From: a virus
Taxonomy: Duplodnaviria; Caudoviricetes
DNA: 64,000 nt
Reading direction: 5' to 3' (one strand)
IMG/VR virus record: IMGVR_UViG_3300042013_000103
Of the stretch, positions 18,860 to 28,754 are shown piece by piece. The translations under genes were made by a program, and so were the position numbers. Every line of letters starts with the position of its first letter. Position 1 is the first letter of the stretch. The notes beneath the pieces were generated by a model that was not told where the DNA came from, made no database searches, and saw only the letters and a program-made list of their open reading frames with translations.

Positions 18860-19446
18860 GTTGGAATCTCCTCTTTTTTCTGTTTACGGAAGGTGGCCAG
18901 GCACACCAGTTCACCCGGTTTGCGTTTCTTAACGGCAGGGAACTTGACTGCCGAAGGCGGGGTGGGTTCGGAAGTCTTGCCGGGGTAGTGGCCGAAATTC
19001 AGCAACGGCTTTGAGGCATTGGGCACCCCGATGGGTGAAGTCTTGGCCCCGGTGATCTTGCTGTTTTCCAGGGTTACCCCGTACTCTTCGGTCGGCAGGT
19101 CATCGTCGGTCAGGTTGTCCTGCTGCGGCCAGTCCATCATGTACGAACCGTTGGGCATGGTGGGGACGTAGATGTTGGCAATGGCGTTGAACGGCACCAC
19201 GATCTGGTGCACCCGCCCCATGAACGTCATGGTGAAGTGCAACTTACCGGTGGGCAAGTACGTCAGCTGCATCACTGCGCTGGTGGGGTGCAGGTTCAAG
19301 GTAACGTGTCCGTGCGTCGCCCGCTTGTACAGCTCGGGCCACTTCTTTAACTCCTCGGCCTTGAACCGAATGTTGAGTTCTTTGAGGTCGTTTTCGATGA
19401 CCCATTGCATCAGGGCGTCGAACAGGTGGAACTGTAGCGAGGTCAT
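18856..19446 (-). CDS. SspB-like (ClpXP adaptor fold) protein
   Basis: LFDALMQWVIEND...VTLNL.P.SAV.QL...F.M.F.G..H.I.VP..AI..IY follows the SspB core pattern, then a low-complexity tail. Confidence 0.65.
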   Translation of the reverse strand: MTSLQFHLFDALMQWVIENDLKELNIRFKAEELKKWPELYKRATHGHVTLNLHPTSAVMQLTYLPTGKLHFTMTFMGRVHQIVVPFNAIANIYVPTMPNGSYMMDWPQQDNLTDDDLPTEEYGVTLENSKITGAKTSPIGVPNASKPLLNFGHYPGKTSEPTPPSAVKFPAVKKRKPGELVCLATFRKQKKEEIPT

Positions 19447-19455
19447 GGGTACACC

Positions 19456-19665
19456 TTAGGTAAGGGAGTTGATACTGTCTTTGGCCAAGTAAAGAAGGGA
19501 GCTCACTAAACGGATACCGAAGAACAACATGCTGCAAATGCCGATGGCAATGAAGACACTGTACAACACCACAAACGGTTGCGGGGTTTTATTGCAGCAC
19601 CACGCACCGTAGTAGGTAAGACCCAGGCCCACCAAGAACATGATGATTTCAATTCCGATGCTCAT
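19456..19665 (-). CDS. small two-TM membrane protein
   Basis: two hydrophobic helices; directly downstream of an early promoter. Confidence 0.65.
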   Translation of the reverse strand: MSIGIEIIMFLVGLGLTYYGAWCCNKTPQPFVVLYSVFIAIGICSMLFFGIRLVSSLLYLAKDSINSLT

Positions 19666-19687
19666 AAGGACTCCTGTTAGCTTAGAC

Positions 19688-19718
19688 GTAATATAGTTCT
19701 GACTTATTTTAAAATCTT
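19688..19718 (-). promoter_or_regulatory. early promoter
   Basis: ACTATATTAC core. Confidence 0.7.
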
Positions 19719-19902
19719 AGAGTTTGTAGCTCAACAAATCGTTGACGAACAGGCTGGCGAAGATCATAATGATCGCCACACAGAATATATTCAATGTCCA
19801 GTTTAACGGCCAACTGTCGACATAGTGGCGCTGACGGCGTTCCACCCACCGCATGATACCGACTGCGAGGAGTATCATGATCACGTCTCTTAGAAGTTCC
19901 AT
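19717..19902 (-). CDS. small two-TM membrane protein
   Basis: MELLRDVIMILLAVGIM; second hydrophobic helix. Confidence 0.6.
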   Translation of the reverse strand: MELLRDVIMILLAVGIMRWVERRQRHYVDSWPLNWTLNIFCVAIIMIFASLFVNDLLSYKL

Positions 19903-19931
19903 TTGAATTCCTTTAAAAGAAAAAGTCATAA

Positions 19932-19951
19932 GCCTTCCCCGAAGGGAAGGC
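19932..19951 (-). terminator. intrinsic terminator, UUCG loop
   Basis: gccttccc-cgaa-gggaaggc. Confidence 0.75.
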
Positions 19952-19957
19952 GAACGA

Positions 19958-20326
19958 TTATTCATTAACGGCCACAATGCCGCCAAAGTCATATTTCATG
20001 CAGTGATTGTACGAGTTGATGTATTGGTCTACGGGAGGACTAGAATCCTTGTAGACTTTATCCGCGTCGCGAATCACCTCTGGCAGCACGATGTACAGTA
20101 CCCCAGTTTTGTCCTTCACCAGTTGATCTCGTTGAGAGAGTAGGTCGGCTTTCCATGCTTCCAGCGGTTCTCGGCGCATGTGCGCTTCGGTGGTCGCTTT
20201 GTTCATTAAGGCCAGGCCGTGACAATAATTGTCATCGACTTGAACTACTGTGGCTGAAACCGCCGGCGCTACTAGAAGTAACACCAAGGCGATCACAAGC
20301 CGCATTACGGGTGTAATACATTGCAT
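19958..20326 (-). CDS. putative secreted protein
   Basis: signal peptide MRLVIALVLLLVAPAVSA. Confidence 0.65.
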   Translation of the reverse strand: MQCITPVMRLVIALVLLLVAPAVSATVVQVDDNYCHGLALMNKATTEAHMRREPLEAWKADLLSQRDQLVKDKTGVLYIVLPEVIRDADKVYKDSSPPVDQYINSYNHCMKYDFGGIVAVNE

Positions 20327-20411
20327 GCGGTATACCTGGGTTAATGGGTCAGAATATTAAGCAACTCCAGTATCCTTATTCACACCCCAGGTTTCCAGGC
20401 TACCCGCCGCA

Positions 20412-20978
20412 TCAGCGACGAGCACCCAGTTTCAACGACATGGTTTCCACCACAATAGGGAAGTGGACTTCCATGTATGCGTTGTTACCCGATTGGTAAA
20501 ACCGGTACTGTTGGCCTTGTCGTTGGCGGATCGTGATCTCGTACTTTTCCATGCGTTTTTGCACCAGCTTACGGGCAAAGGATTCAATACCGTCCCACGC
20601 TGACATGGCCGCCCATCGGGTAACTACCCCTACTTCGGTGGGTTTGTCCGGGAGAGTGAAACTCGTATCGCCCGGAGAGAGTGTGTAGGAAACACCGGCT
20701 TCGATCAGGATCAGTTCATGGCGTTGGCACGACGCTAGAATATCCTCGACGGTGGTGGGAATGCCGAACGCGTGTTTCACCACAGTGCGTTGGAGCAAGC
20801 CGTACTGATCTGAGACACCGGAGATGACCAAGCCGTCCAAGGCGTGGGGGTCTAGGCCCACGTCCAAGAACGCTTTCTTTTTGATCACTAGGTACTGTTT
20901 CTTCAATGACAAGCCACGGTGGCTCAGGTTAGGGTGTTCCGAAGAGAAATCCTCTACGTCTTCTTGGGTCAGTTTCAT
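20412..20978 (-). CDS. hypothetical protein
   Basis: 188 aa ORF. Confidence 0.65.
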   Translation of the reverse strand: MKLTQEDVEDFSSEHPNLSHRGLSLKKQYLVIKKKAFLDVGLDPHALDGLVISGVSDQYGLLQRTVVKHAFGIPTTVEDILASCQRHELILIEAGVSYTLSPGDTSFTLPDKPTEVGVVTRWAAMSAWDGIESFARKLVQKRMEKYEITIRQRQGQQYRFYQSGNNAYMEVHFPIVVETMSLKLGARR

Positions 20979-21039
20979 TGTAAGCGGTCCTATTGGGTAC
21001 AGGGTTTAACAACGTACTGCAGGCAATGGGGCCAGGTGT

Positions 21040-21558
21040 TTATGGCCAAACGCCAATGCAGTCCACTGTGTATTTAGGGCAGAAGATCACCATGTCAATC
21101 ACGATCACCCGTTGGTCCAGTAACGAACCGTAGCTATCGGCCACCTTCGCCCCAATGCCTCGTTCGGCCAACGAGGTGACTTTGTCGGTCGTGATGCCGA
21201 CGTGAGGTATGTCACCTCGCTCCGCTTTATCACAGAGAAACTGGACCGTGTGTCGTACGCCCTGTTGGAAGAAATCCAGACCGTTTACTTCATCAACGTG
21301 CACCAAGCAACTGCGCACGCTTTTCCCCCACCCTAGGCTTTCGGGTTCAAAGGTGATCTGAATCACCACGGGAACTTCTTGCCGACGGTCCAGTTCCGTT
21401 TGCAGGGTGGCTTTGGAATGGTGACTGGGGTGAGCATTCGCGTTCAGCCACGTCACAGCCCCGGCCACGTCATGCAATTGCAGCGCACCCACGGTTTGTA
21501 GGTGGTCGTCCAGCTTAGCCGCCGGGACTACCAGTATATACGCGTCACTATCGGTCAT
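21040..21558 (-). CDS. hypothetical protein
   Basis: ATG 21558 overlaps the upstream stop. Confidence 0.6.
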   Translation of the reverse strand: MTDSDAYILVVPAAKLDDHLQTVGALQLHDVAGAVTWLNANAHPSHHSKATLQTELDRRQEVPVVIQITFEPESLGWGKSVRSCLVHVDEVNGLDFFQQGVRHTVQFLCDKAERGDIPHVGITTDKVTSLAERGIGAKVADSYGSLLDQRVIVIDMVIFCPKYTVDCIGVWP

Positions 21559-21994
21559 AGAGTTCTGCCTTGATAAACGTTTGGAGGGTGATCTTGCCCA
21601 CTTGGCCACGCAGGTCCACCAAGGCCAGGTTAATGTGGTTGTCAATGCGGTGGGCACGGCGAGAACGGGCTTCGTGCACCACTGCTTGCACAAATGCATT
21701 GTGTCGGTGGAGATCCCGGCGGGTGTTGATCAACCGTGAGTGGTTGCTCTGCACGTACCAATCGTTGACACTACTGAGTTCACTGCGGTCTTCTTTGCGC
21801 ACGTACGTGACGGCCTGTTCCAGTAACATTCGCCCTGGGATTTGTTCCCCCGGCAGTTGGTAGCGTCCGTACCGAGTAGCCAGCACGATCAGTTCCGCCG
21901 TCTGCGCCGTGCTCAAGGTGTATTCCTCGTACTCCCCTGACACCAACCCAGGGAAAGCCGCTGCCAGTTGTTCCTTCGTTACATACAAAGCCAT
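21548..21994 (-). CDS. hypothetical protein
   Basis: 148 aa ORF with SD. Confidence 0.65.
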   Translation of the reverse strand: MALYVTKEQLAAAFPGLVSGEYEEYTLSTAQTAELIVLATRYGRYQLPGEQIPGRMLLEQAVTYVRKEDRSELSSVNDWYVQSNHSRLINTRRDLHRHNAFVQAVVHEARSRRAHRIDNHINLALVDLRGQVGKITLQTFIKAELYDR

Positions 21995-22049
21995 TTGTAT
22001 TTCCTATTTGCGGTATAAGAGCCCCTGAGAGGGCTCGTGTGGAGTTTCG

Positions 22050-22232
22050 TTATTGTCCGTGGGTCATTGAGGCTTTATACTCGCTCAACTCCCGCCTGCA
22101 CGCTTGTAGGGCGTCCAGGATTTCTTTGTTCTGGTTCAACGCCGTCTCGAGCTGGTCTTCCAGTTCCACAATACGGGTACCATGGTCCAACACCACCGAA
22201 GAGAGGTCTTCGAGTTTCTTTTTCTTGGGCAT
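22050..22232 (-). CDS. small coiled-coil protein
   Basis: MPKKKKLEDL...heptad pattern; SD upstream. Confidence 0.5.
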   Translation of the reverse strand: MPKKKKLEDLSSVVLDHGTRIVELEDQLETALNQNKEILDALQACRRELSEYKASMTHGQ

Positions 22233-22323
22233 CCTCTTTTTCCTCGGGATAGAGAGTTGACAGAAAGGAAGGGAGGCCGACAACCCGGCCAAGCGTTTGT
22301 CCAGCAAGTTGTTCCATAACTGC

Positions 22324-22737
22324 TTAAAGGTCACGGTAATTCCAATCTCCATCCGGGGTGTTGTTGTAGTAAGCCCAACTGGGGTCGGGAATGCGATTCG
22401 GCAGGTGGGCTTCCAACCAGAACACCAACCGACGCCGCATGTAACGTTCGGAGAGCTCGACCCGGTATTCCGCAGTATTAGCATCAATGTGCAGCGTGGC
22501 CACCCACTTCTTGGGGGACTGGTACAGCTTGTCCCAGATCTCGAAAGCAAACTGCCCCTCGTACCGGTGCACCGTTGGGGAAATCCGTAAGGCAAACACG
22601 TTAATGCCATCGGCTTCCGACACCGCCCCGGGCGTGATCCACACCGGGTTCAATTCCGTGATGCGTTCGCCCGTGGTGCGCACCGTTTCAAATAAGTTCC
22701 CCGTACAACCGGCGTACAACGGAATAAAGAATTTCAT
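22324..22737 (-). CDS. hypothetical protein
   Basis: 137 aa ORF. Confidence 0.65.
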   Translation of the reverse strand: MKFFIPLYAGCTGNLFETVRTTGERITELNPVWITPGAVSEADGINVFALRISPTVHRYEGQFAFEIWDKLYQSPKKWVATLHIDANTAEYRVELSERYMRRRLVFWLEAHLPNRIPDPSWAYYNNTPDGDWNYRDL

Positions 22738-22746
22738 AACCCACCC

Positions 22747-23172
22747 CTAAACCTGAGAACTCGGCACCCATTTCTGTAGCATAGTATCTTGGGTGACCTC
22801 AAACTCGATCTCAAAGCGAATCATGTTCTTCGCCGTACCAACACGCAGGTTGCTCGGGCCGTCCGCGGAGTTTAGCGGGTAACGCATGCCAATGCCCCGG
22901 GTCCAGCGACCGCGCAACGTATCCAAGCGCACCACCAACTGGGTCAAAGCCACATTGAGTTCTTTCAAGTAGAAGGTGTAAGTCCACTCGGCCGGTTCCC
23001 CGACGGACCCTTCTTTGTAAAACCCAATCTCTTCCCCGACGTACAACGAGTGGTGAACGACGTTGATCACGTCCAGGGTTTGCCACGGGTGGCGCTCGAG
23101 CCCAAAGGGAGCTAAATCAAACCATCGGCCGGTGTGCAGGCCGTCTAACACGAAGCGGTGTTTGGTAATCAC
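22747..23172 (-). CDS. hypothetical protein
   Basis: 141 aa ORF. Confidence 0.65.
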   Translation of the reverse strand: MITKHRFVLDGLHTGRWFDLAPFGLERHPWQTLDVINVVHHSLYVGEEIGFYKEGSVGEPAEWTYTFYLKELNVALTQLVVRLDTLRGRWTRGIGMRYPLNSADGPSNLRVGTAKNMIRFEIEFEVTQDTMLQKWVPSSQV

Positions 23173-23331
23173 AGTGCGTCTCCCTGCGGGGGTAGATCAA
23201 AAGCAGATCACAATCAAGAGCGTAGGATGTATTGCTGATCGCAATACCTTACAAAATAAAACCCCCTCCTTGTTCTTAGTCCACATTAGATTGGGTAAGC
23301 GGAGTAGATTAATGTAAAAAACAAATAGAAA

Positions 23332-23353
23332 GCTATCCCCCGAAGAGGATAGC
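23332..23353 (-). terminator. intrinsic terminator
   Basis: gctatcc...ggatagc hairpin followed by a T-tract. Confidence 0.7.
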
Positions 23354-23365
23354 CCCTTAACCAGA

Positions 23366-23713
23366 TCACGACCCCAGGTTGTACTGGACGATTCCCACCA
23401 AGTCTTCGTCAGTTTGCGGAGTGTCGAGGTAGACCTCGTAATTCCCATTGGTGGGGTTGAGGTACAGTCGACCATCGATGCGGTGGACGCCATCGTAGTC
23501 GTACTGCAGGTAAAACAGGATCGTCTCAGGACGAGTAGGGTCCACACCTCGCACCAGATTGTAACCGGTGGAGGGAAGCCCCGTGGAACCGATCACCACC
23601 TGTTTCGGTGTATGGTCCTTAGTAGGGCCTACCCAGTTACCGAAGACACCGTAACCGCGGACCAGAGGGATGCGGGTTTCCATGTCACCGGTGGGGGTCA
23701 ATTGCGCACTCAT
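23366..23713 (-). CDS. hypothetical protein
   Basis: 115 aa ORF with GAGGA SD. Confidence 0.65.
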   Translation of the reverse strand: MSAQLTPTGDMETRIPLVRGYGVFGNWVGPTKDHTPKQVVIGSTGLPSTGYNLVRGVDPTRPETILFYLQYDYDGVHRIDGRLYLNPTNGNYEVYLDTPQTDEDLVGIVQYNLGS

Positions 23714-23777
23714 GGTAAATCCTCAGGATTACGCTCCCCTTGCATGTAGCCAAGGGAGCCGTTGATGGTAGGTAAAG

Positions 23778-24125
23778 TCACAGCTTCACCCGTTTGTGGT
23801 TCACGGTGTTGAACACATCGCACCCTAGGTAGGTCTGATCCCCTTGGAACCGGTCATCCGCTTTATGGGTCAAGGCACCCGCGAGTTGAGCAAGTGGCCA
23901 CGTGGCGTCGCCTAAATGAGGTTCAAAATCCTGCAGGAGCAACTCGCACTGAGTGAGGGCTTGCTGATTACGCAGGATCTCGCCTTGTTCATTTACCAAG
24001 CAGAGGGACAACCGATACTGGTCGAAGGTGATCTGTACCCGAAACCGCGTACCTGAATGCCCCCTGCCTTTAAGCTTACGCGCCAACCGCCCATGGGCGG
24101 CATCGTGTGCGGTTTGGGTTTTCAT
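23778..24125 (-). CDS. hypothetical protein
   Basis: 115 aa ORF with GAGGAG SD. Confidence 0.65.
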   Translation of the reverse strand: MKTQTAHDAAHGRLARKLKGRGHSGTRFRVQITFDQYRLSLCLVNEQGEILRNQQALTQCELLLQDFEPHLGDATWPLAQLAGALTHKADDRFQGDQTYLGCDVFNTVNHKRVKL

Positions 24126-24141
24126 GGTGTCCTCCTCTACC

Positions 24142-24744
24142 TTAGAATTGATTCACGGCCATCGGAGGAGCGGGTGTAAACGGGAGGTCGAGCGCAACCA
24201 AACCCGGCACCCAGTCCAATAACCGCACGTCCACGTTCAGGTACTCCAGTTCGGCCAAGGTATCACCGAGGTACATGGCCCCCTCACGCGTCCACTGGGT
24301 AGTCCCCACCATGACGATCTTCTTCTCTCCGGCGTGCCCTAGGGTGGTGAGTGTTTCGGCGGGAACGCCGTAAGCGAAACGGATCGCTTTCGCCTCGTCC
24401 ATCAGTTTGTTCCACACCGAACGGGTCCCCGGGTAGACGTACTTGACTTCAGTAGCCCACGACAGGTCTTGGTAGAGAGCGGTGTCCAATGGTTGGGTAA
24501 GGCCACGGGCCCCGTGAGCGACCAGGTCCTCGAACGTCAAGTAATTGCCCACCACGTTACTGCCATCCCAGTGAAACAGCACGACCCCACCACCGATACA
24601 CCGCAACAGCACAAACTCGGCCCGCTCTACTTCCACCACGTGGGTCAACTGAGCCGTGATGCTGGCCAAGGTGATCCAGGGTTGTTTAACGGGGGTGGTT
24701 GCAGGTTTCGATTTACCGAAGAGTTGCTTAATTGGATTCCACAT
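24142..24744 (-). CDS. hypothetical protein
   Basis: ORF, MWNPIKQLFG start. Confidence 0.65.
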   Translation of the reverse strand: MWNPIKQLFGKSKPATTPVKQPWITLASITAQLTHVVEVERAEFVLLRCIGGGVVLFHWDGSNVVGNYLTFEDLVAHGARGLTQPLDTALYQDLSWATEVKYVYPGTRSVWNKLMDEAKAIRFAYGVPAETLTTLGHAGEKKIVMVGTTQWTREGAMYLGDTLAELEYLNVDVRLLDWVPGLVALDLPFTPAPPMAVNQF

Positions 24745-25090
24745 ATTGGTACCTTTTGAGTTGTTCATCTAAGTAGTGGCCCATCACGCGATAAGCCTTG
24801 GGTAAGTCTTTGGAGCGATTACAGCCCTGAAACAACACCCCGTGCGCTTCCACCTTAGTTCGGCGCCAAGCATTCAGTTGCCATTTCGGGTTACACATCA
24901 CGCGGGCAAGTTGACTGTGATCACGGCATTCGCGGTGGTAGTCCCGCAACACCGCACGAATGCGGCGCTGGGTGTTTTGTCGCACGCACCAATCGTGGAC
25001 CGTGGGATACAAGTACCGCAGGGTGTCCTGCACTAGCCAGCCGATCCAGAGCACCAACAACACTCCGGTCAAAAAGGTAACGGGGTTCAT
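24728..25090 (-). CDS. membrane-anchored hypothetical protein
   Basis: N-terminal transmembrane helix. Confidence 0.6.
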   Translation of the reverse strand: MNPVTFLTGVLLVLWIGWLVQDTLRYLYPTVHDWCVRQNTQRRIRAVLRDYHRECRDHSQLARVMCNPKWQLNAWRRTKVEAHGVLFQGCNRSKDLPKAYRVMGHYLDEQLKRYQYVESN

Positions 25091-25560
25091 GTGGACAGTC
25101 CATGGTTAGCGCAGAAGTAATGCATTTCAGCAGTTTCACGGATCTCGTCATCCCATTCAGACAAGTCCATCACCGCGTACTCATGCAGCCGTGTAGCTTT
25201 ACGGTACCGGTTACCGCGGGTAGCCCGTTTAAACGCCGCCTTGGCCCTTGTACGGCCTTGAGGACTGGGGTCCACCCGCAAGTTCTGCTGATAACTGTAA
25301 ATGGCCAAGTGCAGGTCCTGCTCTTGCAAGAACCAAAGCCACCGTCCGTCTTGTTGCGGGGAGCGATACTTGAAGTCCTCGAGTTGTTCCACTTCCTCGG
25401 GGACGATCTCCGGATAGACAGCATTGCGTTTCGAAAACGCTAACAATACATCTTCCCGTGGAATCTCAACGTCCAGACTGAGGGCTCGCCCCATCATGGC
25501 CCCTAGACCGTACCCCATGCTTCCACCCCCGAAGACCAGGATGCGTTTTCCAATGTTCAT
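25087..25560 (-). CDS. hypothetical protein
   Basis: 157 aa ORF. Confidence 0.65.
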   Translation of the reverse strand: MNIGKRILVFGGGSMGYGLGAMMGRALSLDVEIPREDVLLAFSKRNAVYPEIVPEEVEQLEDFKYRSPQQDGRWLWFLQEQDLHLAIYSYQQNLRVDPSPQGRTRAKAAFKRATRGNRYRKATRLHEYAVMDLSEWDDEIRETAEMHYFCANHGLST

Positions 25561-25569
25561 AAAAACCCC

Positions 25570-25839
25570 TTAGTCGGCTTTGACCACGTTAGACCAATCG
25601 CTTTTGAGGTACCCGTTTATTTTGTTGTGGCGGTACACGGGGTTGTAACGCAAGGTGCGTTTGACCCAGTTCCGAACTTGTTGAACCTCGGCTGGGTTTT
25701 CGGCATCAGCCAAGGCCAACTGCGCCTGGTACATGATCCCGATCACTTCCTTTTCATGGGCGTGGTAATCAATCAGTTTCTTTTCCAGGCGAACGGAATG
25801 ACGGGCTGCTTTTGGGTTGATTGCGATATCGACAGTCAT
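25570..25839 (-). CDS. hypothetical protein
   Basis: 89 aa ORF. Confidence 0.65.
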   Translation of the reverse strand: MTVDIAINPKAARHSVRLEKKLIDYHAHEKEVIGIMYQAQLALADAENPAEVQQVRNWVKRTLRYNPVYRHNKINGYLKSDWSNVVKAD

Positions 25840-25856
25840 TGGAGCGTTCCTATTAA

Positions 25857-26798
25857 TTAAATGCAGTTAATGCTACTGCCGGGGACGGACCGGCACTGGA
25901 TACGTTTGTCGTACTCGGTGGCGGCAAGCGTGTCGAACTCACACATCCAGTCTTTAGACACACACAACACGGCCGACAAATTAAAATCGGCTGAACCAAA
26001 CACATACGCCGGGTAGTAGTCAGTGAGCTTTTCCATCACCGTTTCCAGGGTGGAGTGCAGGTCGATTTCTAACCACCTGACGGTGTCCAGGAAACTGGGG
26101 TCCAGCATGACATCGAACTTAGCGCGGATGCTTACACCTTCAGCGAGAGGGCCGCCGTTAGTGGGAAGAGCGTTACACTGCAAAGCAGCGTCCGATTCGC
26201 TGGTCGCCTGCACACGAATCCACTCAGGGAGGTCCAGGGGCAAAGCGCCTTTGGTCACGTGATCCCATTTGGAAAAGTCCTTGGCCCGCGTCACACAGCC
26301 ACGCAAATAACACATGTTGTCGTAAAACGCCGGCGTGAGTAGTTCCCGGGGAATGAACCGGTCCTCGCCAATCGGTTGACCATTAGCATCCAACTGATTC
26401 CAGCGCATCCTTCCGTTATAATCACCGACATCATAGGCCTTGACGCCCCAGAGGTGGAAATGGTTATTGATCACCGGCACCCACACGTCCGACGGCATGC
26501 GGCGGGCTTCTACGGCTAACTCTTTCAGTAACCGATCGATGGTTGCGTTTTCGATGCGCAGGGCTGCCCCGCTGTACAGGTGTAATAGGTTTTTGTCAAA
26601 CCAACTTTTCATTTTATCGGTGCGCGGACCAGCGAAAACGTCCACCCCGTACCGCACCAACTCGCCGTGTTCCAACATCAAGTAACCGGGGTTCACTCCG
26701 GAATAACGGTAATAAGCCCCAGGATTCTTACGTAGAGTCCGGACGATCGCGCCGCGAGTAACATGACGAAACGGGTTAAACCAATTGGAAAAGAACAT
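25857..26798 (-). CDS. hypothetical protein
   Basis: 313 aa ORF directly downstream of an early promoter. Confidence 0.75.
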   Translation of the reverse strand: MFFSNWFNPFRHVTRGAIVRTLRKNPGAYYRYSGVNPGYLMLEHGELVRYGVDVFAGPRTDKMKSWFDKNLLHLYSGAALRIENATIDRLLKELAVEARRMPSDVWVPVINNHFHLWGVKAYDVGDYNGRMRWNQLDANGQPIGEDRFIPRELLTPAFYDNMCYLRGCVTRAKDFSKWDHVTKGALPLDLPEWIRVQATSESDAALQCNALPTNGGPLAEGVSIRAKFDVMLDPSFLDTVRWLEIDLHSTLETVMEKLTDYYPAYVFGSADFNLSAVLCVSKDWMCEFDTLAATEYDKRIQCRSVPGSSINCI

Positions 26799-26838
26799 GC
26801 ACGTATCCTTAGGGTAAGTTCAGGTAATGATCATTAAC

Positions 26839-26869
26839 GTAATATAGTTCTTTATCTGGGTTAAATGCA
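26839..26869 (-). promoter_or_regulatory. early promoter
   Basis: TGCATTTAA-N12-ACTATATTAC. Confidence 0.8.
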
Positions 26870-26886
26870 AAAAGAAAAGGCATAAG

Positions 26887-26906
26887 CCCTCCCCCGAAGG
26901 AGAGGG
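26887..26906 (-). terminator. intrinsic terminator, UUCG loop
   Basis: ccctcccc-cgaa-ggagaggg followed by a T-tract. Confidence 0.75.
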
Positions 26907-26913
26907 GTTATGG

Positions 26914-28140
26914 TTAACCGAGGTGGAACGGGTGCACTGAGATGTAGCGCCACTTCCACCCTTCGTAGTCCTTCAGGGCTTGGCAGAACAGGTGCTGTTG
27001 ATTGATGCCACGCATCGCAATGAACATGCCGTACGGAAGTTCTTCGGCTGACTCTTCCATGGCCCAGCTGTAGTTGATGTACTCACTCATGCGGGTGACT
27101 TTGAACAGCTTCAATTTACGCCCGACCGTTTTGTACGCCGCGATAATGGCCTTGCGTTCCGCCGGGTCGGTCACATCCCGCAGTTCAATGGCAAACGCCA
27201 TCATCCACTCCAGCATGTCGGACTGGTCTTGGTTCAACTGCTGTCGCTTGCGGTCCGCCCGTGTGGCAGTCAGCGACAACCCCACCAGCTGGTGTTCGAG
27301 CTCCGGCACACGGTTAGGGTCAATGGGTTGGAATGCCTGAGGGTAGCTACCCAACACGTCCATGTTCGTGATGTGGTCGTGCAGCGTTTCGCCGAACAAC
27401 AGGTTAGGTTGGGCAACAGCCCCTTCCGGGAGGATACCCAATTCAGAACTGAAGCCAAACACCGCACGGTCGATCTGCTCAGGCGTTAACGCGTCCTTGA
27501 ACATCTTGACCAAGGCATCGGCGTCGTCGGTGGAATCCAGCAGCAACGGCAAAGAATCGCCCTTAGCATCGCGTAGGTCATCCATCGTGGCACCACTGAG
27601 CCATTCTCGTCCGGCGGGTAAGTCTACCCACATCCCCGGGCTCTCCCCCACCAGTTGCGTAGGGATTTGTGTCTCGGCATGGCGTGCTTGACTTTCTTCA
27701 GACATTAGTTTGATCCAATTGCGTTTAGACATGGGTTCGTGTAAAATGTTAGAGCCGTGACACAAAGGACCAGGGGGCATGGGAACACAGAAGTCTTTCT
27801 CCCCGCTCTTTTTCACCCAGCGCCATTGGATCTCGTTACAGTCCAGATAGGAGCAGTTACTGACCGTACCGGTGATTACCCCGTGGCGAACGTCGATGAC
27901 TTCGCCGAGGTCGGCGAGATCCCGTTTAACCATGAGGTACTCCTCCTCCTGGGTTTCGCTGAACAAGCAACCCCACTCCTCCGTGACGTGCAAGGGTCCG
28001 AAACGGATGTAGTGAGGTTCGTAAAAACCATTTTTGTGACGCAGTACCGCATACGACACCACTTCCCCGGGCGCAGGGAAATTCTCAAGGTCATACCAAA
28101 ACGCTGAATCGGGGGGTGACCACAGTTTAGTGGGGGACAT
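26914..28140 (-). CDS. hypothetical protein, last gene of the EI-array operon
   Basis: 408 aa ORF; TAATG overlap with the last array ORF. Confidence 0.8.
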   Translation of the reverse strand: MSPTKLWSPPDSAFWYDLENFPAPGEVVSYAVLRHKNGFYEPHYIRFGPLHVTEEWGCLFSETQEEEYLMVKRDLADLGEVIDVRHGVITGTVSNCSYLDCNEIQWRWVKKSGEKDFCVPMPPGPLCHGSNILHEPMSKRNWIKLMSEESQARHAETQIPTQLVGESPGMWVDLPAGREWLSGATMDDLRDAKGDSLPLLLDSTDDADALVKMFKDALTPEQIDRAVFGFSSELGILPEGAVAQPNLLFGETLHDHITNMDVLGSYPQAFQPIDPNRVPELEHQLVGLSLTATRADRKRQQLNQDQSDMLEWMMAFAIELRDVTDPAERKAIIAAYKTVGRKLKLFKVTRMSEYINYSWAMEESAEELPYGMFIAMRGINQQHLFCQALKDYEGWKWRYISVHPFHLG

Positions 28141-28382
28141 TAGTCACTTCCTATTTCATGCTGCGCTTTGCGGTTAATGAGGACCCTGGATGCCATACGT
28201 CCAACGTACGTGGGTTGTGTATGAACGACCGAAGGGTCAATCGTTGTCCCCGGTACCCGGGCGGCTTTGAAGGCTTGGCGATCCTGCAACAATTGCCGCG
28301 CGTAGTCTGCTAGCCCTTTGGCCATCACTGTACCGGCGCGCTGCATGTATTCGTCAGAATTAGCCACGATTTCATGGCTCAT
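28140..28382 (-). CDS. EI-array microprotein (MSHEIVA...HEIGSD), 80 aa
   Basis: ORF track plus shared motifs. Confidence 0.75.
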   Translation of the reverse strand: MSHEIVANSDEYMQRAGTVMAKGLADYARQLLQDRQAFKAARVPGTTIDPSVVHTQPTYVGRMASRVLINRKAQHEIGSD

Positions 28383-28683
28383 CGATGCCCCCTATTTCAT
28401 TCAGGTGCGGAGCGGAGCCGTATTGCCTAAACGTTTGGGTAGAACCCTCAGGGTCACCGATCTCCGGCTTCAATGTGAGCCGTCCTTGAGCGACGGCAAA
28501 AAGGTCCACGAACTGACGTAACCCACCGGAATTAGGTACGGCGTCGGGTATCTCCCTGCTCCCGGGCGGTTGCATGCTGAACCCGGCGTGTTTACCGGAC
28601 ATCAGGCTTTGTTCTCTCCGGAAAGGAATCGCCCCGTGGGCGGAATCGATGTTGTTGGAATCCGGTACTATCTCATGACTCAT
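28372..28683 (-). CDS. EI-array microprotein (MSHEIVP...NEIGGIDEP), 103 aa
   Basis: ORF track; GAGGA SD; internal REIP and PEIG. Confidence 0.75.
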   Translation of the reverse strand: MSHEIVPDSNNIDSAHGAIPFRREQSLMSGKHAGFSMQPPGSREIPDAVPNSGGLRQFVDLFAVAQGRLTLKPEIGDPEGSTQTFRQYGSAPHLNEIGGIDEP

Positions 28684-28754
28684 TGGAAGGTCCTCTTGGT
28701 AATGATGCGGTGATATAGTTGTTTATTCAGATGGAACGCAAGCGGGAATTTCAT
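28680..28754 (-). CDS. possible 24 aa linker peptide MKFPLAFHLNKQLYHRIITKRTFQ
   Basis: starts at an ATGAAAT junction with GGAG SD; ends in an ATGA overlap with 28683. Confidence 0.35.
   Translation of the reverse strand: MKFPLAFHLNKQLYHRIITKRTFQ
28710..28740 (-). promoter_or_regulatory. early promoter inside the EI array
   Basis: TGCGTTCCA-N12-ACTATATCAC. Confidence 0.65.
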
